A stretch of DNA of 63,626 bases, the filler included. It is 4 parts of 4 records of this genome, joined end to end, with 100 filler letters (N's around TTAATTAATTAA, not from the genome) between each part and the next. Parts side by side here need not be neighbours in the genome. Positions count along the whole stretch, not along the records: positions 41,266 to 55,571 come from SRR22947725_2451; positions 55,672 to 63,626 come from SRR22947725_2501; 2 more parts are not named here. The stretch is one strand, 5' to 3'. Each line of letters opens with the position of its first letter. Within the stretch, counting starts at the first letter, position 1. A program made the translations under genes and the position numbers. The notes beneath the pieces were generated by a model. The model worked only from the letters and a program-made list of their open reading frames with translations, made no database searches and was not told where the DNA came from. Shown here piece after piece: positions 50,426-59,760 of the stretch.

Positions 50426-51124
50426 ATGAATAAAGAAAATATTGCTCTAGTTATTGGCGGAACAGGATCCATTGGTTCTGCAATTATAAATGAACTAAAA
50501 AATCAAAACTTTACCAATATTATAAGTTTGGGTAGATCATCCAATCCGCCCTTAGACTTGCTTGATGAGTCTAGTATTAAAAAGGCTGCTGATTTTATCA
50601 AAAACCAACCAGGATCATTATGCTTATTATTTGATGCTACTGGAATTTTACACAATGAAGATCAAAATCAAATGCCGGAAAAAACATACAAAAATATTGA
50701 TTTAACTTTTATGAAGAAAAACTTTGAGATTAATGTCATGGGACCTGCCCTGATTATGAAACATTTTTTACCACTACTAGACACAGACCAAAAATCTATT
50801 TTTGCAACCCTGTCTGCTAAAGTTGGTTCTATTTCTGACAATCGATATGGTGGCTGGTATTCATATCGTGCATCTAAAGCGGCATTGAATCAAATGATCA
50901 AGACAGCTTCTATTGAGTTAAAAATGAAAAATAAAAATGCAATCTGTGTTGCGATACACCCAGGAACTGTAACTAGTAAGCTTTCACAACCATTCCAGAA
51001 AGATAATTTAAAAATTCAATCTAATGTAGAGTCTGCAAAAAATATTATGCAAGTAATAACAAATTTAAAAATGAATGATTCTGGTCTATTCTTTGATTGG
51101 AGTGGTGATATAATAAACTGGTAA
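50426..51124 (+). CDS. C-factor (CsgA)-like short-chain dehydrogenase
   Basis: GGTGSIG, SAKVGSISDN..GGWYSYRASKAALN, HPGTV. Confidence 0.88.
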   Translation: MNKENIALVIGGTGSIGSAIINELKNQNFTNIISLGRSSNPPLDLLDESSIKKAADFIKNQPGSLCLLFDATGILHNEDQNQMPEKTYKNIDLTFMKKNFEINVMGPALIMKHFLPLLDTDQKSIFATLSAKVGSISDNRYGGWYSYRASKAALNQMIKTASIELKMKNKNAICVAIHPGTVTSKLSQPFQKDNLKIQSNVESAKNIMQVITNLKMNDSGLFFDWSGDIINW

Positions 51125-51157
51125 AGTCTAATCTTAATTAAAAACAATAAAATACCC

Positions 51158-51538
51158 ATGGAACTAAAACTATCTATTATTTTTACTACAATTCTCTTAA
51201 TCTTTTTTTTATGTCTATCGGTGCATGCTGCCATGACCAGACGAAAGTCAAAGATACCTCTAGGTGAAGCAAAAAATGAAAACCTAATTAGAGCTGTAAG
51301 AGCCCACGGAAATTTTCTGGAGTACACACCTCTATTTATTATATCTTTTATAATGCTCGAATTCTTAGTGGCAGACACAAAATACCTCATTGGCGTTGCA
51401 GCCTTTTTTCTACTAGGAAGGTTTTTTCATGCATACAGTATGTTCGCAAAAAAGGGGTTATTTAGAATGTTAGGAATGATGCTTACTTTTATTCCATATA
51501 TAGGCAATATTGCCTATCTAGTAGTTAACTATATTTAA
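51158..51538 (+). CDS. MAPEG-family membrane protein
   Basis: RAHGNFLEY, GRFFHA. Confidence 0.85.
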   Translation: MELKLSIIFTTILLIFFLCLSVHAAMTRRKSKIPLGEAKNENLIRAVRAHGNFLEYTPLFIISFIMLEFLVADTKYLIGVAAFFLLGRFFHAYSMFAKKGLFRMLGMMLTFIPYIGNIAYLVVNYI

Positions 51539-51552
51539 ATAAATTTCTATTT

Positions 51553-52623
51553 ATGGAATTGTCTAATTTTTATGATCTTAGTTATTCTGACTTGAGCAGT
51601 TTTATTTCTACTAATTTTTCATTAGAAAAGAAAAAAACTAGCATGAGAACCAATCAAATTTGGAAGTTTGTTTATAAAAAAGGTTTGAAAGAAACATCAA
51701 AATTTTCCAACATATCTTCTGAACTAAAAGACAACATAGAAAAAAACTTCAATTTTAACAGAACAAATATAGCAGAAAAAAAAATTTCAAAAGACGGGAC
51801 CATTAAGTGGTTGCTAAAACTTTCAGATAATAATCTAGTAGAGACTGTTTTTATTCCTTCAGGAAAAAGAGGAACACTATGTGTTTCTTCACAGGTTGGC
51901 TGTACATTAAATTGCAAATTTTGTCATACGGGGACTCAATTAATGGTTAAAAACTTAACTACTCATGAAATTATTAATCAAATTCTTGTAGCTAAAGATG
52001 AGCTAAATGATTGGGGGTCTCAAAAAAAAATAACCAATATTGTTTATATGGGAATGGGAGAGCCTTTTTATAATTATGATAATGTTAAAAAGTCAATTTC
52101 TATTCTTAAAGAACACAATGGACTAGATTATTCTCCAAAAAAAATAACCGTTTCTACTGCAGGAATCTCAGATGAAATTATGAAAGCTGCTGATGAAATT
52201 AGAACGTATCTTGCTCTTTCTCTTCATGCACCAACAGATGAATTAAGAGAGAAAATTATGCCAATTAATAAAAAATTTAAAATTAAAGATTTAATTGAAA
52301 GCTGTTCTTATTATAGCAAAATTAATAAAGAAAAAATATTTTTAGAATATGTCTTGTTAAAGGATATTAATGATACCGATAGCTGTGCCCAACAATTAAT
52401 CAAGTTAATGGGTAAATTCCCTAGCAAGTTAAACCTCATAGAATTCAATGCCTGGCCGGGAGTTAGCTATGAGCCATCTGATAGTGAAACAGTTCAAAAA
52501 TTCTACGCCAAAATAAAGAAATCCGGACACATAGTAACTTTGAGAAAGTCTAGAGGTGAAGACATTCTTGGAGCCTGCGGTCAGCTCAAAACAGACAGCG
52601 AAAAGAAAAGAAAATCTCTTTAA
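51553..52623 (+). CDS. rlmN: Radical-SAM rRNA/tRNA methyltransferase RlmN
   Basis: CVSSQVGCTLNCKFCHTG, MGMGEP, SLHA, EYV, GACGQL. Confidence 0.96.
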   Translation: MELSNFYDLSYSDLSSFISTNFSLEKKKTSMRTNQIWKFVYKKGLKETSKFSNISSELKDNIEKNFNFNRTNIAEKKISKDGTIKWLLKLSDNNLVETVFIPSGKRGTLCVSSQVGCTLNCKFCHTGTQLMVKNLTTHEIINQILVAKDELNDWGSQKKITNIVYMGMGEPFYNYDNVKKSISILKEHNGLDYSPKKITVSTAGISDEIMKAADEIRTYLALSLHAPTDELREKIMPINKKFKIKDLIESCSYYSKINKEKIFLEYVLLKDINDTDSCAQQLIKLMGKFPSKLNLIEFNAWPGVSYEPSDSETVQKFYAKIKKSGHIVTLRKSRGEDILGACGQLKTDSEKKRKSL

Positions 52624-52731
52624 ATTCAAAATTAAATTTTACATTGCTTATTTTGACCAATGATTTGTCATAAATAAACAATAGCTTTGTTATCTATAAA
52701 GCGTATAACCCAGCGTCCAATAGATAGAAAA

Positions 52732-53154
52732 ATGACCAATAAAGAAAAGAAAAAAAAACTAGAAAAAATTGTAAGTATCAAAAAACGCATTTTGAGAGAG
52801 TCTTGTAATTTAAAAGCAAATTATAAAACTACTTACAAAGACATAAAAAAATATTTCAATATTTTTAATAAAGCTTTATTTAAAGATGAGCTTAACCCTT
52901 TCAATGACGTACAAATAAAGAGAATGAATGGGTGTTGGGGTCAGTGTGTAGAAGATTATTCTATAAGAAAAGGTACAAGATTTTTTTGTCTGGAAATGCA
53001 ACCAGCTTATGAAAATAAAAAAGAATTTCTTACTACACTAGGACATGAGATGATTCACCTCTGGCAACAAACCATAAAAAAAGATACCGGCAATCATAAT
53101 TCATTGTTTTATAGCTTTAGACCAAAATTTAAAAAGTTTGGACTGAGTCTTTAA
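52732..53154 (+). CDS. SprT-like zinc metalloprotease-domain protein
   Basis: FNKALF, TLGHEMIHLWQ (HExxH), GNH..F; ATG 52732 preferred over upstream TTG. Confidence 0.75.
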   Translation: MTNKEKKKKLEKIVSIKKRILRESCNLKANYKTTYKDIKKYFNIFNKALFKDELNPFNDVQIKRMNGCWGQCVEDYSIRKGTRFFCLEMQPAYENKKEFLTTLGHEMIHLWQQTIKKDTGNHNSLFYSFRPKFKKFGLSL

Positions 53155-53206
53155 CAATAGTGCTCTAATATTTTCTTTTTTTTTAAAAATATGCTATCTA
53201 CAATCC

Positions 53207-53698
53207 ATGCCAACTTTTGATGTAGTAAGCAAAGTAAGTTTTCAGGAATTGAATAATGCTCTATCTAATTGTTTGAGAGAAATAAACACAAGGTATGATT
53301 TTAAAGGCTTAAATATAGCTATTGAATTTAAAGAAAAAGAAAAGCAAATTATTATTTTGGCTCCTGATAATATGAAATTAAATCAGATAAACGATTTGTT
53401 TATAAGTCATTTGGTTAGAAGAAAATTGGATCCAAGAATTGTAAAAGTCAAAAGTGTTGAGGATGCAACTGGAAATTCAAAAAGACAAACAAGTGATTTA
53501 CAAGAAGGCATAGATCAAGAAAGTGCAAAAAAAATTATAACACAAATAAAAGCTTCCAAAATGAAAGTGCAAGTAAAAATTCAAGGAGAAGAATTGAGAG
53601 TAGATGGAAAAAAGAGAGATGACTTGCAAGAAACTATGCAGGTTATTAATGGAATTGATATTGGTAGACCTGTAGAATTTACAAATTTTAGGGACTAA
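53207..53698 (+). CDS. yajQ: YajQ-family nucleotide-binding protein
   Basis: MPTFDVVS, RYDFKG, IQGEELRV.GKKRDDLQ, FTNFRD. Confidence 0.95.
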   Translation: MPTFDVVSKVSFQELNNALSNCLREINTRYDFKGLNIAIEFKEKEKQIIILAPDNMKLNQINDLFISHLVRRKLDPRIVKVKSVEDATGNSKRQTSDLQEGIDQESAKKIITQIKASKMKVQVKIQGEELRVDGKKRDDLQETMQVINGIDIGRPVEFTNFRD

Positions 53699-53700
53699 AG

Positions 53701-53796
53701 ATGAGTAAACGTTATTCTGGAAAATCGGGAAAAGATAGAAGCTTTAATAAAAAACCAAAATTGTCCAAAAAAGTAAAAAAAAAATTAAAGAAATAA
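53701..53796 (+). CDS. Unannotated 31-aa lysine-rich protein
   Basis: MSKRYSGKSGKDRSFNKKPKLSKKVKKKLKK fills the gap between yajQ stop (53698) and next ATG (53798). Confidence 0.6.
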   Translation: MSKRYSGKSGKDRSFNKKPKLSKKVKKKLKK

Positions 53797-53797
53797 T

Positions 53798-53983
53798 ATG
53801 AGTCAATTTATTGTTATAGAGGGAGATCATAAAGACCCAAATGACTTTGCCACGCTAGATAAGGGAACAAAAACTATTTATGGTCCTTTTGATAGTAAAG
53901 AAGAGGCTAACAATACGGCAAAGCATTTAATTCAGAAAAATATTGATAATTTTTACCACCGAGCCTGGGTGAGACTTAAATAA
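53798..53983 (+). CDS. Small protein, DUF4170-like
   Basis: VIEGDHKDPNDF..L, YGPF..KEEA, IDNFYHR. Confidence 0.6.
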   Translation: MSQFIVIEGDHKDPNDFATLDKGTKTIYGPFDSKEEANNTAKHLIQKNIDNFYHRAWVRLK

Positions 53984-55100
53984 AATAATACCAAACATAA
54001 GATACTAACACCGCTGGGATGGCACTATATAAGGTTGCCAAAATTGCTGCTTTAGGTGAAATTGCAATAGCGGGAAATAGTGCATCTCCATCATTAGAGA
54101 TGGCATTACCAATCTGAGCAGACAGAGGAACGTGGCCAGCTATATACATACTGGTAACCATAATTTGTGGTCCACATCCGGGAATAAATCCAACTAAGAT
54201 TGCTGCAAGAGGAACAAAAGGACCAAGATAAATTAATTTTTCAAAAATTTTACTTCCCAAAAAATAATTTATTAATTCAAAAGAAATAAAGGCAACTACC
54301 ACCCAAGCAGTAACAAAACAGGTTAAGTCAACGACTGACCTAAAATTTTTTTGTCTACACTCTGCTATTTGCACATCCGAAGATGGATTGAATAACCAAA
54401 TAGAAATAGAAAGCAAACCTCCCATAAAACCCAAAAGTAAACCAATGTCGTTTCCGTTAAAAATAAAATTTATTTTATTGCCAAAAGCATTTATTACTCC
54501 TAGAAAAATTCCAGGTATTAATAAAAAAAACCAAAATTTATAAAAAATATTAGGGGCAAGATTTGGAAGATCCTCTTCCACATAAACAGCTTTACGATCA
54601 AATTTTGGTGCTATCTTATATTCAAAAATTTTAGCGACATAACCGGATACAATAGCAATACCAAAAGTCAGAGAAACAACAATGAGAGCAACAAATGGTT
54701 TGGCAGCAATTAAAAGAAATGCGGCATCCCCCATTGTTGCAACGAGGGTTGCAATTACAGCACTAAAACTAATTGAATTACGAACATACATAGTCATAAC
54801 CATGATAGCTCCTCCACAACCTGGAATTGCTCCAAGAAAAGCAGCCATAAACACATCAAACTGTTCATGTTTTTTAATAAAAGATTGGATATCAAAATCT
54901 TTTTTATGCAAATAAGCAAATCCAAACACCGTTGCAGCAACAAAGGAGGTTACAGAAATAAACGCATCTCCCATAGATTTAATAATTAATTCTCTTGTTT
55001 CTACAAAAATGAATAAGGAAGACAAAACCAAAAAAACAATAATCTTAGCAAGCCTTAAGCTTGGAAATCTGCTTGCAAGTTTTAGTACTATTTCAACCAT
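53976..55100 (-). CDS. Putative manganese/heavy-metal transporter (duplicated PGCG repeat family)
   Basis: PGCGGAI..ATMGDAAF and PGCGPQI..SNDGDALFP internal repeats; multiple TM. Confidence 0.8.
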   Translation of the reverse strand: MVEIVLKLASRFPSLRLAKIIVFLVLSSLFIFVETRELIIKSMGDAFISVTSFVAATVFGFAYLHKKDFDIQSFIKKHEQFDVFMAAFLGAIPGCGGAIMVMTMYVRNSISFSAVIATLVATMGDAAFLLIAAKPFVALIVVSLTFGIAIVSGYVAKIFEYKIAPKFDRKAVYVEEDLPNLAPNIFYKFWFFLLIPGIFLGVINAFGNKINFIFNGNDIGLLLGFMGGLLSISIWLFNPSSDVQIAECRQKNFRSVVDLTCFVTAWVVVAFISFELINYFLGSKIFEKLIYLGPFVPLAAILVGFIPGCGPQIMVTSMYIAGHVPLSAQIGNAISNDGDALFPAIAISPKAAILATLYSAIPAVLVSYVWYYFI

Positions 55101-55212
55101 AAATTTTAATTAATGTAGAAAAAAAAAATTTTTTTTGCAATACTATAGGTAAATTCGGATACGACAAATATAATAGTTTGATAAGTTTACTTTTTATGAT
55201 TAATAAACTCCC

Positions 55213-55571
55213 ATGAATCAAGTTGAAATTAAAAAAAATGCAAAAAAATTAGCCATAGCTTTTAATAAAGGGTCATTTATTAGTCCTATTTCCACTAAAT
55301 TTACTAAAAATTCTAAAGTAGCAAATATGTTGAGAGCTGAATCGGAAAGCTTGATCAAATCTCCTATTATTGGATTCAAAGCTGGTGGTACTGGAAAGGC
55401 TATGCTTAAGAAGTTGGGTGAGAAAGAACCTTTTTACGCGGCAATTTTTAAAAAAAATTTATTAAAAAGCAACGGTTCTGTAAAAATTAACAAATATACC
55501 TTGGGCATTGAGCTAGAAGTTTTTTATCAAGTTAAAAAAAGTTTTTTTTCAAACTCAAAAAAAATTACTGA
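55213..55571 (+). CDS. 2-keto-4-pentenoate hydratase/FAH-superfamily protein, 3'-truncated
   Basis: IGFKAGGT, EPFYA, GIELEV. Confidence 0.6.
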
Positions 55572-55671
55572 NNNNNNNNNNNNNNNNNNNNNNNNNNNNN
55601 NNNNNNNNNNNNNNNTTAATTAATTAANNNNNNNNNNNNNNNNNNNNNNNNNNNNNNNNNNNNNNNNNNNN
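55572..55671. other. Artificial contig linker
   Basis: N44-TTAATTAATTAA-N44. Confidence 0.99.
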
Positions 55672-55672
55672 T

Positions 55673-55924
55673 AACGATATTCAACATTGGGAATTTGAAG
55701 ACTCAAAAGATTATGATAAAAAAATTAGTGATGCTAATTATGAAACAACATCTGTTTATGGTTTTGGTCATCCGCTGTATTACAAAAATGTCATTGAAGT
55801 GCTTAGAGGAAAATCTGAGCCTCAAACTGACGGTAGAGAGGGTTTAAAATCATTGGAAGTCTTAATAGCATCATATCTTTCTGCTAAGGATGCAAAAACT
55901 ATTTCGTTGCCATTGGATTTCTAA
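55673..55924 (+). CDS. wlbA: UDP-GlcNAcA 3-dehydrogenase (WlbA/WbpB, Gfo/Idh/MocA) C-terminus, 5'-truncated
   Basis: Not in ORF track. Translation ..[40 protein letters not shown]; precedes wlbB/wlbC homologues. Confidence 0.8.
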   Translation, partial: NDIQHWEFEDSKDYDKKISDANYETTSVYGFGHPLYYKNVIEVLRGKSEPQTDGREGLKSLEVLIASYLSAKDAKTISLPLDF

Positions 55925-55925
55925 A

Positions 55926-56504
55926 ATGGCATACCAAGTTCATGAAACAGCAATCATTGATGAGGGTGCAAAAATTGGTGATCGCTCAAAGATTTGGCAG
56001 TGGGTTCACGTATCTGGTGGAGCTTATATTGGATCAGATGTTTCACTTGGTCAAAATGTTTTTGTTGGCAACAAAGTAAAAATTGGCAATGGGTGCAAAA
56101 TTCAAAATAATGTTTCTATATATGATAATGTTTACCTTGAGGAAGGTGTTTTTTGTGGTCCTAGCATGGTTTTTACAAATGTTTACAATCCTCGCTCTCT
56201 GATAAATCGTAAAAATGAATATAAAGATACTTTTGTGAAAAAAGGAGCATCGTTAGGTGCAAATTGTACAATCATTTGTGGAGTTAGCATTGGTGAATAT
56301 GCTTTTGTAGGTGCCGGGTCAGTTGTAAACAAAAACGTATCTAGTTACGCACTTGTAGTCGGCGTTCCTGCTAAACAGATTGGCTGGATTAGTGAATATG
56401 AAGAAAGATTAAGCTTGCCTTTAGAGGGAAATGGTGAAGCAATTTGTGAGCATACTGGAAAAAAATACATACTTAAAAATTCTAAAATATTGGTTACTGA
56501 TTAA
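55926..56504 (+). CDS. wbpD: UDP-2-acetamido-3-amino-2,3-dideoxyglucuronate N-acetyltransferase
   Basis: [10 protein letters not shown], hexapeptide repeats, [24 protein letters not shown]; start at ATG 55926. Confidence 0.9.
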   Translation: MAYQVHETAIIDEGAKIGDRSKIWQWVHVSGGAYIGSDVSLGQNVFVGNKVKIGNGCKIQNNVSIYDNVYLEEGVFCGPSMVFTNVYNPRSLINRKNEYKDTFVKKGASLGANCTIICGVSIGEYAFVGAGSVVNKNVSSYALVVGVPAKQIGWISEYEERLSLPLEGNGEAICEHTGKKYILKNSKILVTD

Positions 56505-56507
56505 ATT

Positions 56508-57602
56508 ATGAATATTGATTTCGCAAACTTACAATTTCAATATCAAAAGTATAAAGTTGATATTGACACAAAAATTCAGTCAATCTTAAATAAATCTAAT
56601 TATATTATGGGTGATGAAGTAGTTGAGCTTGAAAGATCACTCGAAAAATTTACAGGTTCAAAATATGCAATTACTTGTTCATCAGGCACTGATGCTCTTT
56701 TACTTGCCATGATGGCAGTGAATATAAAACCAGGCGATGAAATTATTACCTCTCCTTTTACATTCATATCCTCAGCTGAAACTATTTCGTTTATGAATGC
56801 AAAACCTGTTTTTGTAGATATTGAACCTGACACATTTAATATAGATGCAAATTTAATTGAGGCAGCAATCACAAAAAAGACCAAAGCAATTATGCCTGTT
56901 AGTTTATTCGGTCAACCAGCAGATATGGAGACTATCTATAAAATAGCAAAAAAATATGCTCTGAAAGTTATAGTCGATGGCGCGCAAAGTTTTGGCTCAG
57001 TTTATAAAAATAAAACAGACAGTAATCACGGAGATATCTCTTGTACAAGTTTTTTCCCAGCAAAGCCTCTGGGATGTTATGGAGATGGTGGCGCTGTTTT
57101 TACCGATAATGAATATTATGCGGAAAAAATGAAAATGTTACGCGTTCATGGACAAAATAAACGCTATTATCACAAATATATTGGCATGGGCGGACGATTA
57201 GACACAATACAGGCAGCTATTTTGTTAGCCAAACTACCTCATTACAAAAAAGAACTTGAGGGCAGAAGAAAATTAGCAAGTAACTACACAACCTCTTTAG
57301 CTCATTTTTTAAAAACACCAATTATAAAACCGAGTATATTAAGTGCCTGGGCACAATATACTTTAAGGGTAGACAATAGAGAAAGTAATCAAGCAAAGCT
57401 TAAGGAGGATGGAATCCCAACTGCTATTTATTATCCAATGCCTCTTCATCTTCAAGAGTGCTTTAGTTACCTAAACTATAAAAAAAATGATTTTCCTATT
57501 TCTGAAAAAGCGTCTGAGGAAGTATTGAGCATTCCTATGAATGCTTTTCTATCTGATGATCAAGTTGACTATATTGTTTCAAAATTAAAAAAATTAATAT
57601 GA
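56508..57602 (+). CDS. wbpE: DegT/DnrJ aminotransferase (WbpE/WlbC)
   Basis: SSGTDAL, DGAQSFG, SFFPAKPLGCYGDGG, RLDTIQAA. Confidence 0.9.
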   Translation: MNIDFANLQFQYQKYKVDIDTKIQSILNKSNYIMGDEVVELERSLEKFTGSKYAITCSSGTDALLLAMMAVNIKPGDEIITSPFTFISSAETISFMNAKPVFVDIEPDTFNIDANLIEAAITKKTKAIMPVSLFGQPADMETIYKIAKKYALKVIVDGAQSFGSVYKNKTDSNHGDISCTSFFPAKPLGCYGDGGAVFTDNEYYAEKMKMLRVHGQNKRYYHKYIGMGGRLDTIQAAILLAKLPHYKKELEGRRKLASNYTTSLAHFLKTPIIKPSILSAWAQYTLRVDNRESNQAKLKEDGIPTAIYYPMPLHLQECFSYLNYKKNDFPISEKASEEVLSIPMNAFLSDDQVDYIVSKLKKLI

Positions 57603-58663
57603 AGATTGCTGTCATTGGAAGTGGCATTAACGGAGTAGTGACCGCATGGGAGCTATGCAGGCATAATCATGAAGTAACTTTATTCGAAAAAAATACTTTA
57701 ATGTCAAAAACATCTTCGACTTCTTCAAAATTACTTCATGGAGGATTAAGATACCTTGAAAATTTAGAATTTAGCCTCGTTAAAGAAGCTTTGAGAGAAA
57801 GGCATTGGTGGTTAAATCGGTCAACAAAGTTTGTAAAACCCATTAAAATATTTATTCCTATCTATAAAAATTCAAAACGATCTGCCTTATTATATAAAAT
57901 TGGATTATGTTTGTATGATTTTCTAGCAGGAAAAAATAATATTGGCAAACACCAAGGCCATAGTAAAAATTCAATGCAATCTCTATGTCCAGAATTAAAA
58001 ATAGATGGTATCAGTAAGGGCTATTCTTATTTTGACGCTCAAATGGATGATTATCAATTAGGTCTATGGGCTGCGAACAAAGCAAAAGAAAACAATAATT
58101 TAGTAATACATGAGAATTTTTTAATAGATAAAATCAACAATAATGGTGAAATCTTTTTTAAAAAAAATAAGCAAAAATTTGATAAGGTGATAAATGTCTG
58201 TGGTCCTTGGGCGAATAAATTATTAAAGGATAGCGGAATTGATCCATTCCAGCCACTGCAATTGATAAGAGGATCACACATTATTATTAATCAAAAACTA
58301 AATCATGGTTATTTTTTAGAAGTACCAGGTGAAACTCGTATTTTTTTTGTGCTTCCTTATATGGGCCAAACATTAATTGGAACAACAGAAGAAGAACAAT
58401 CATTAACAGCAAAAATAAAAATAACAAACACTGAAATAGATTATTTATTAAATGCATATAACAATTATTTCATTAAAAAAATTTCGAAAAATAATATAGT
58501 GTCTTCTTTTTCTGGTGTTAGGCCGGTAATTAAAGACAATAAATCTATTTCAAAATCATCAAGAGAATACAAGATTGCTAAAGATAAAAATTTAATATGT
58601 GTTTATGGTGGTAAATGGACAACATCGAGACAATTAGCAAAAAAAGTTATGGAAACTATATGA
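57599..58663 (+). CDS. Short FAD-dependent glycerol-3-phosphate dehydrogenase-like oxidoreductase
   Basis: IGSGING, TSSTSSKLLHGGLRYLE, GPW, RGSHI, IGTTE, FSGVRP, GGKWTT; only 354 aa. Confidence 0.85.
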   Translation: MKIAVIGSGINGVVTAWELCRHNHEVTLFEKNTLMSKTSSTSSKLLHGGLRYLENLEFSLVKEALRERHWWLNRSTKFVKPIKIFIPIYKNSKRSALLYKIGLCLYDFLAGKNNIGKHQGHSKNSMQSLCPELKIDGISKGYSYFDAQMDDYQLGLWAANKAKENNNLVIHENFLIDKINNNGEIFFKKNKQKFDKVINVCGPWANKLLKDSGIDPFQPLQLIRGSHIIINQKLNHGYFLEVPGETRIFFVLPYMGQTLIGTTEEEQSLTAKIKITNTEIDYLLNAYNNYFIKKISKNNIVSSFSGVRPVIKDNKSISKSSREYKIAKDKNLICVYGGKWTTSRQLAKKVMETI

Positions 58664-59760
58664 AGATTGTAAGTATTGTAGGGGCAAGACCTCAATTTAT
58701 TAAAGCGTCTGCTATATGCAGAAGTATAAAAGAATTTAATAAAGAGCCAAAAAATAATATTAAAGAAGTAATAGTTCATACAGGCCAGCATTTTGATAGC
58801 AATATGTCTGACATATTTTTTAAAGAATTAAATATTCCACAACCAGACTATAACCTAGGAATATCAGGTGGTTCTCACGCAGAAATGACATCAAGGATGA
58901 TGGTGTCAATTGAAAAAGTTCTATTAAAAGAAAAACCTGCTTATGTAATAATTTACGGGGACACCAATTCAACATTAGCTGCTGCATTAGTTGCAGCAAA
59001 AATTCAAATCCCTGTGGTACATATCGAAGCTGGGCTTAGATCTTTTAATAGAAAAATGCCCGAAGAAATTAATAGAATAATAGCTGATAGAATTTCAGCA
59101 ATTAACTTTTGCCCAACAAATGAAGCTTTAAAGAATTTAAAAAATGACGGCTTAGAGAAAAATGCATTTGTCGTTGGAGATGTAATGTACGATGTATCAG
59201 AACACTTTAAGAAAATTGGAACAACTAAAAGTTCTATAATTGAAAAATTAAATTTACAAAATAAAGACTTTGCACTAGCTACATGTCATCGAGCTGAAAA
59301 TACAGATCATCCTGAACGGTTAACAGAAATCTTAAAAGCATTTACGGAAATTAACAAGAAAATGCCATTATTCTTTTGCATTCATCCTAGGACAAAAAAA
59401 TTCATATCAAAATTTAATTTGACATCATATCTAAATAATTTTTCAATAATTGAGCCACTTTCTTTTATAGATATGGTTGTGATTGAGCAAGCAGCGTCTC
59501 TTATACTTACTGATTCAGGTGGTGTTCAAAAAGAAGCTTTCTTCTATAAAACTCCATGTATTACATTGAGGGATGAAACTGAATGGGTCGAAACTGTCGA
59601 GCTAGGATGGAATCAAGTTGTCGGAGCAAATATGGATGAAATATTAAATGCATCCAATAATACAGATATCCACAAAAATATTAAACAATATGAACCCTAT
59701 GGGGATGGTTTCTCCGCAAATAAAATAATTCAAATCATTAATGAACAAAATAACAAATGA
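58660..59760 (+). CDS. wbpI: Non-hydrolysing UDP-N-acetylhexosamine(uronate) 2-epimerase (WbpI/WlbD-like)
   Basis: VGARPQFIK, HTGQH, GDTNST, HIEAGLRS, PEEINR, TDSGGVQKEA, RDETEW. Confidence 0.85.
   Translation: MKIVSIVGARPQFIKASAICRSIKEFNKEPKNNIKEVIVHTGQHFDSNMSDIFFKELNIPQPDYNLGISGGSHAEMTSRMMVSIEKVLLKEKPAYVIIYGDTNSTLAAALVAAKIQIPVVHIEAGLRSFNRKMPEEINRIIADRISAINFCPTNEALKNLKNDGLEKNAFVVGDVMYDVSEHFKKIGTTKSSIIEKLNLQNKDFALATCHRAENTDHPERLTEILKAFTEINKKMPLFFCIHPRTKKFISKFNLTSYLNNFSIIEPLSFIDMVVIEQAASLILTDSGGVQKEAFFYKTPCITLRDETEWVETVELGWNQVVGANMDEILNASNNTDIHKNIKQYEPYGDGFSANKIIQIINEQNNK

Noticed and set aside
55101-55212. yybP-ykoY riboswitch or Mur/MntR box upstream of the putative Mn transporter
   Set aside because: Region is short homopolymeric A/T without the required motifs or spacing
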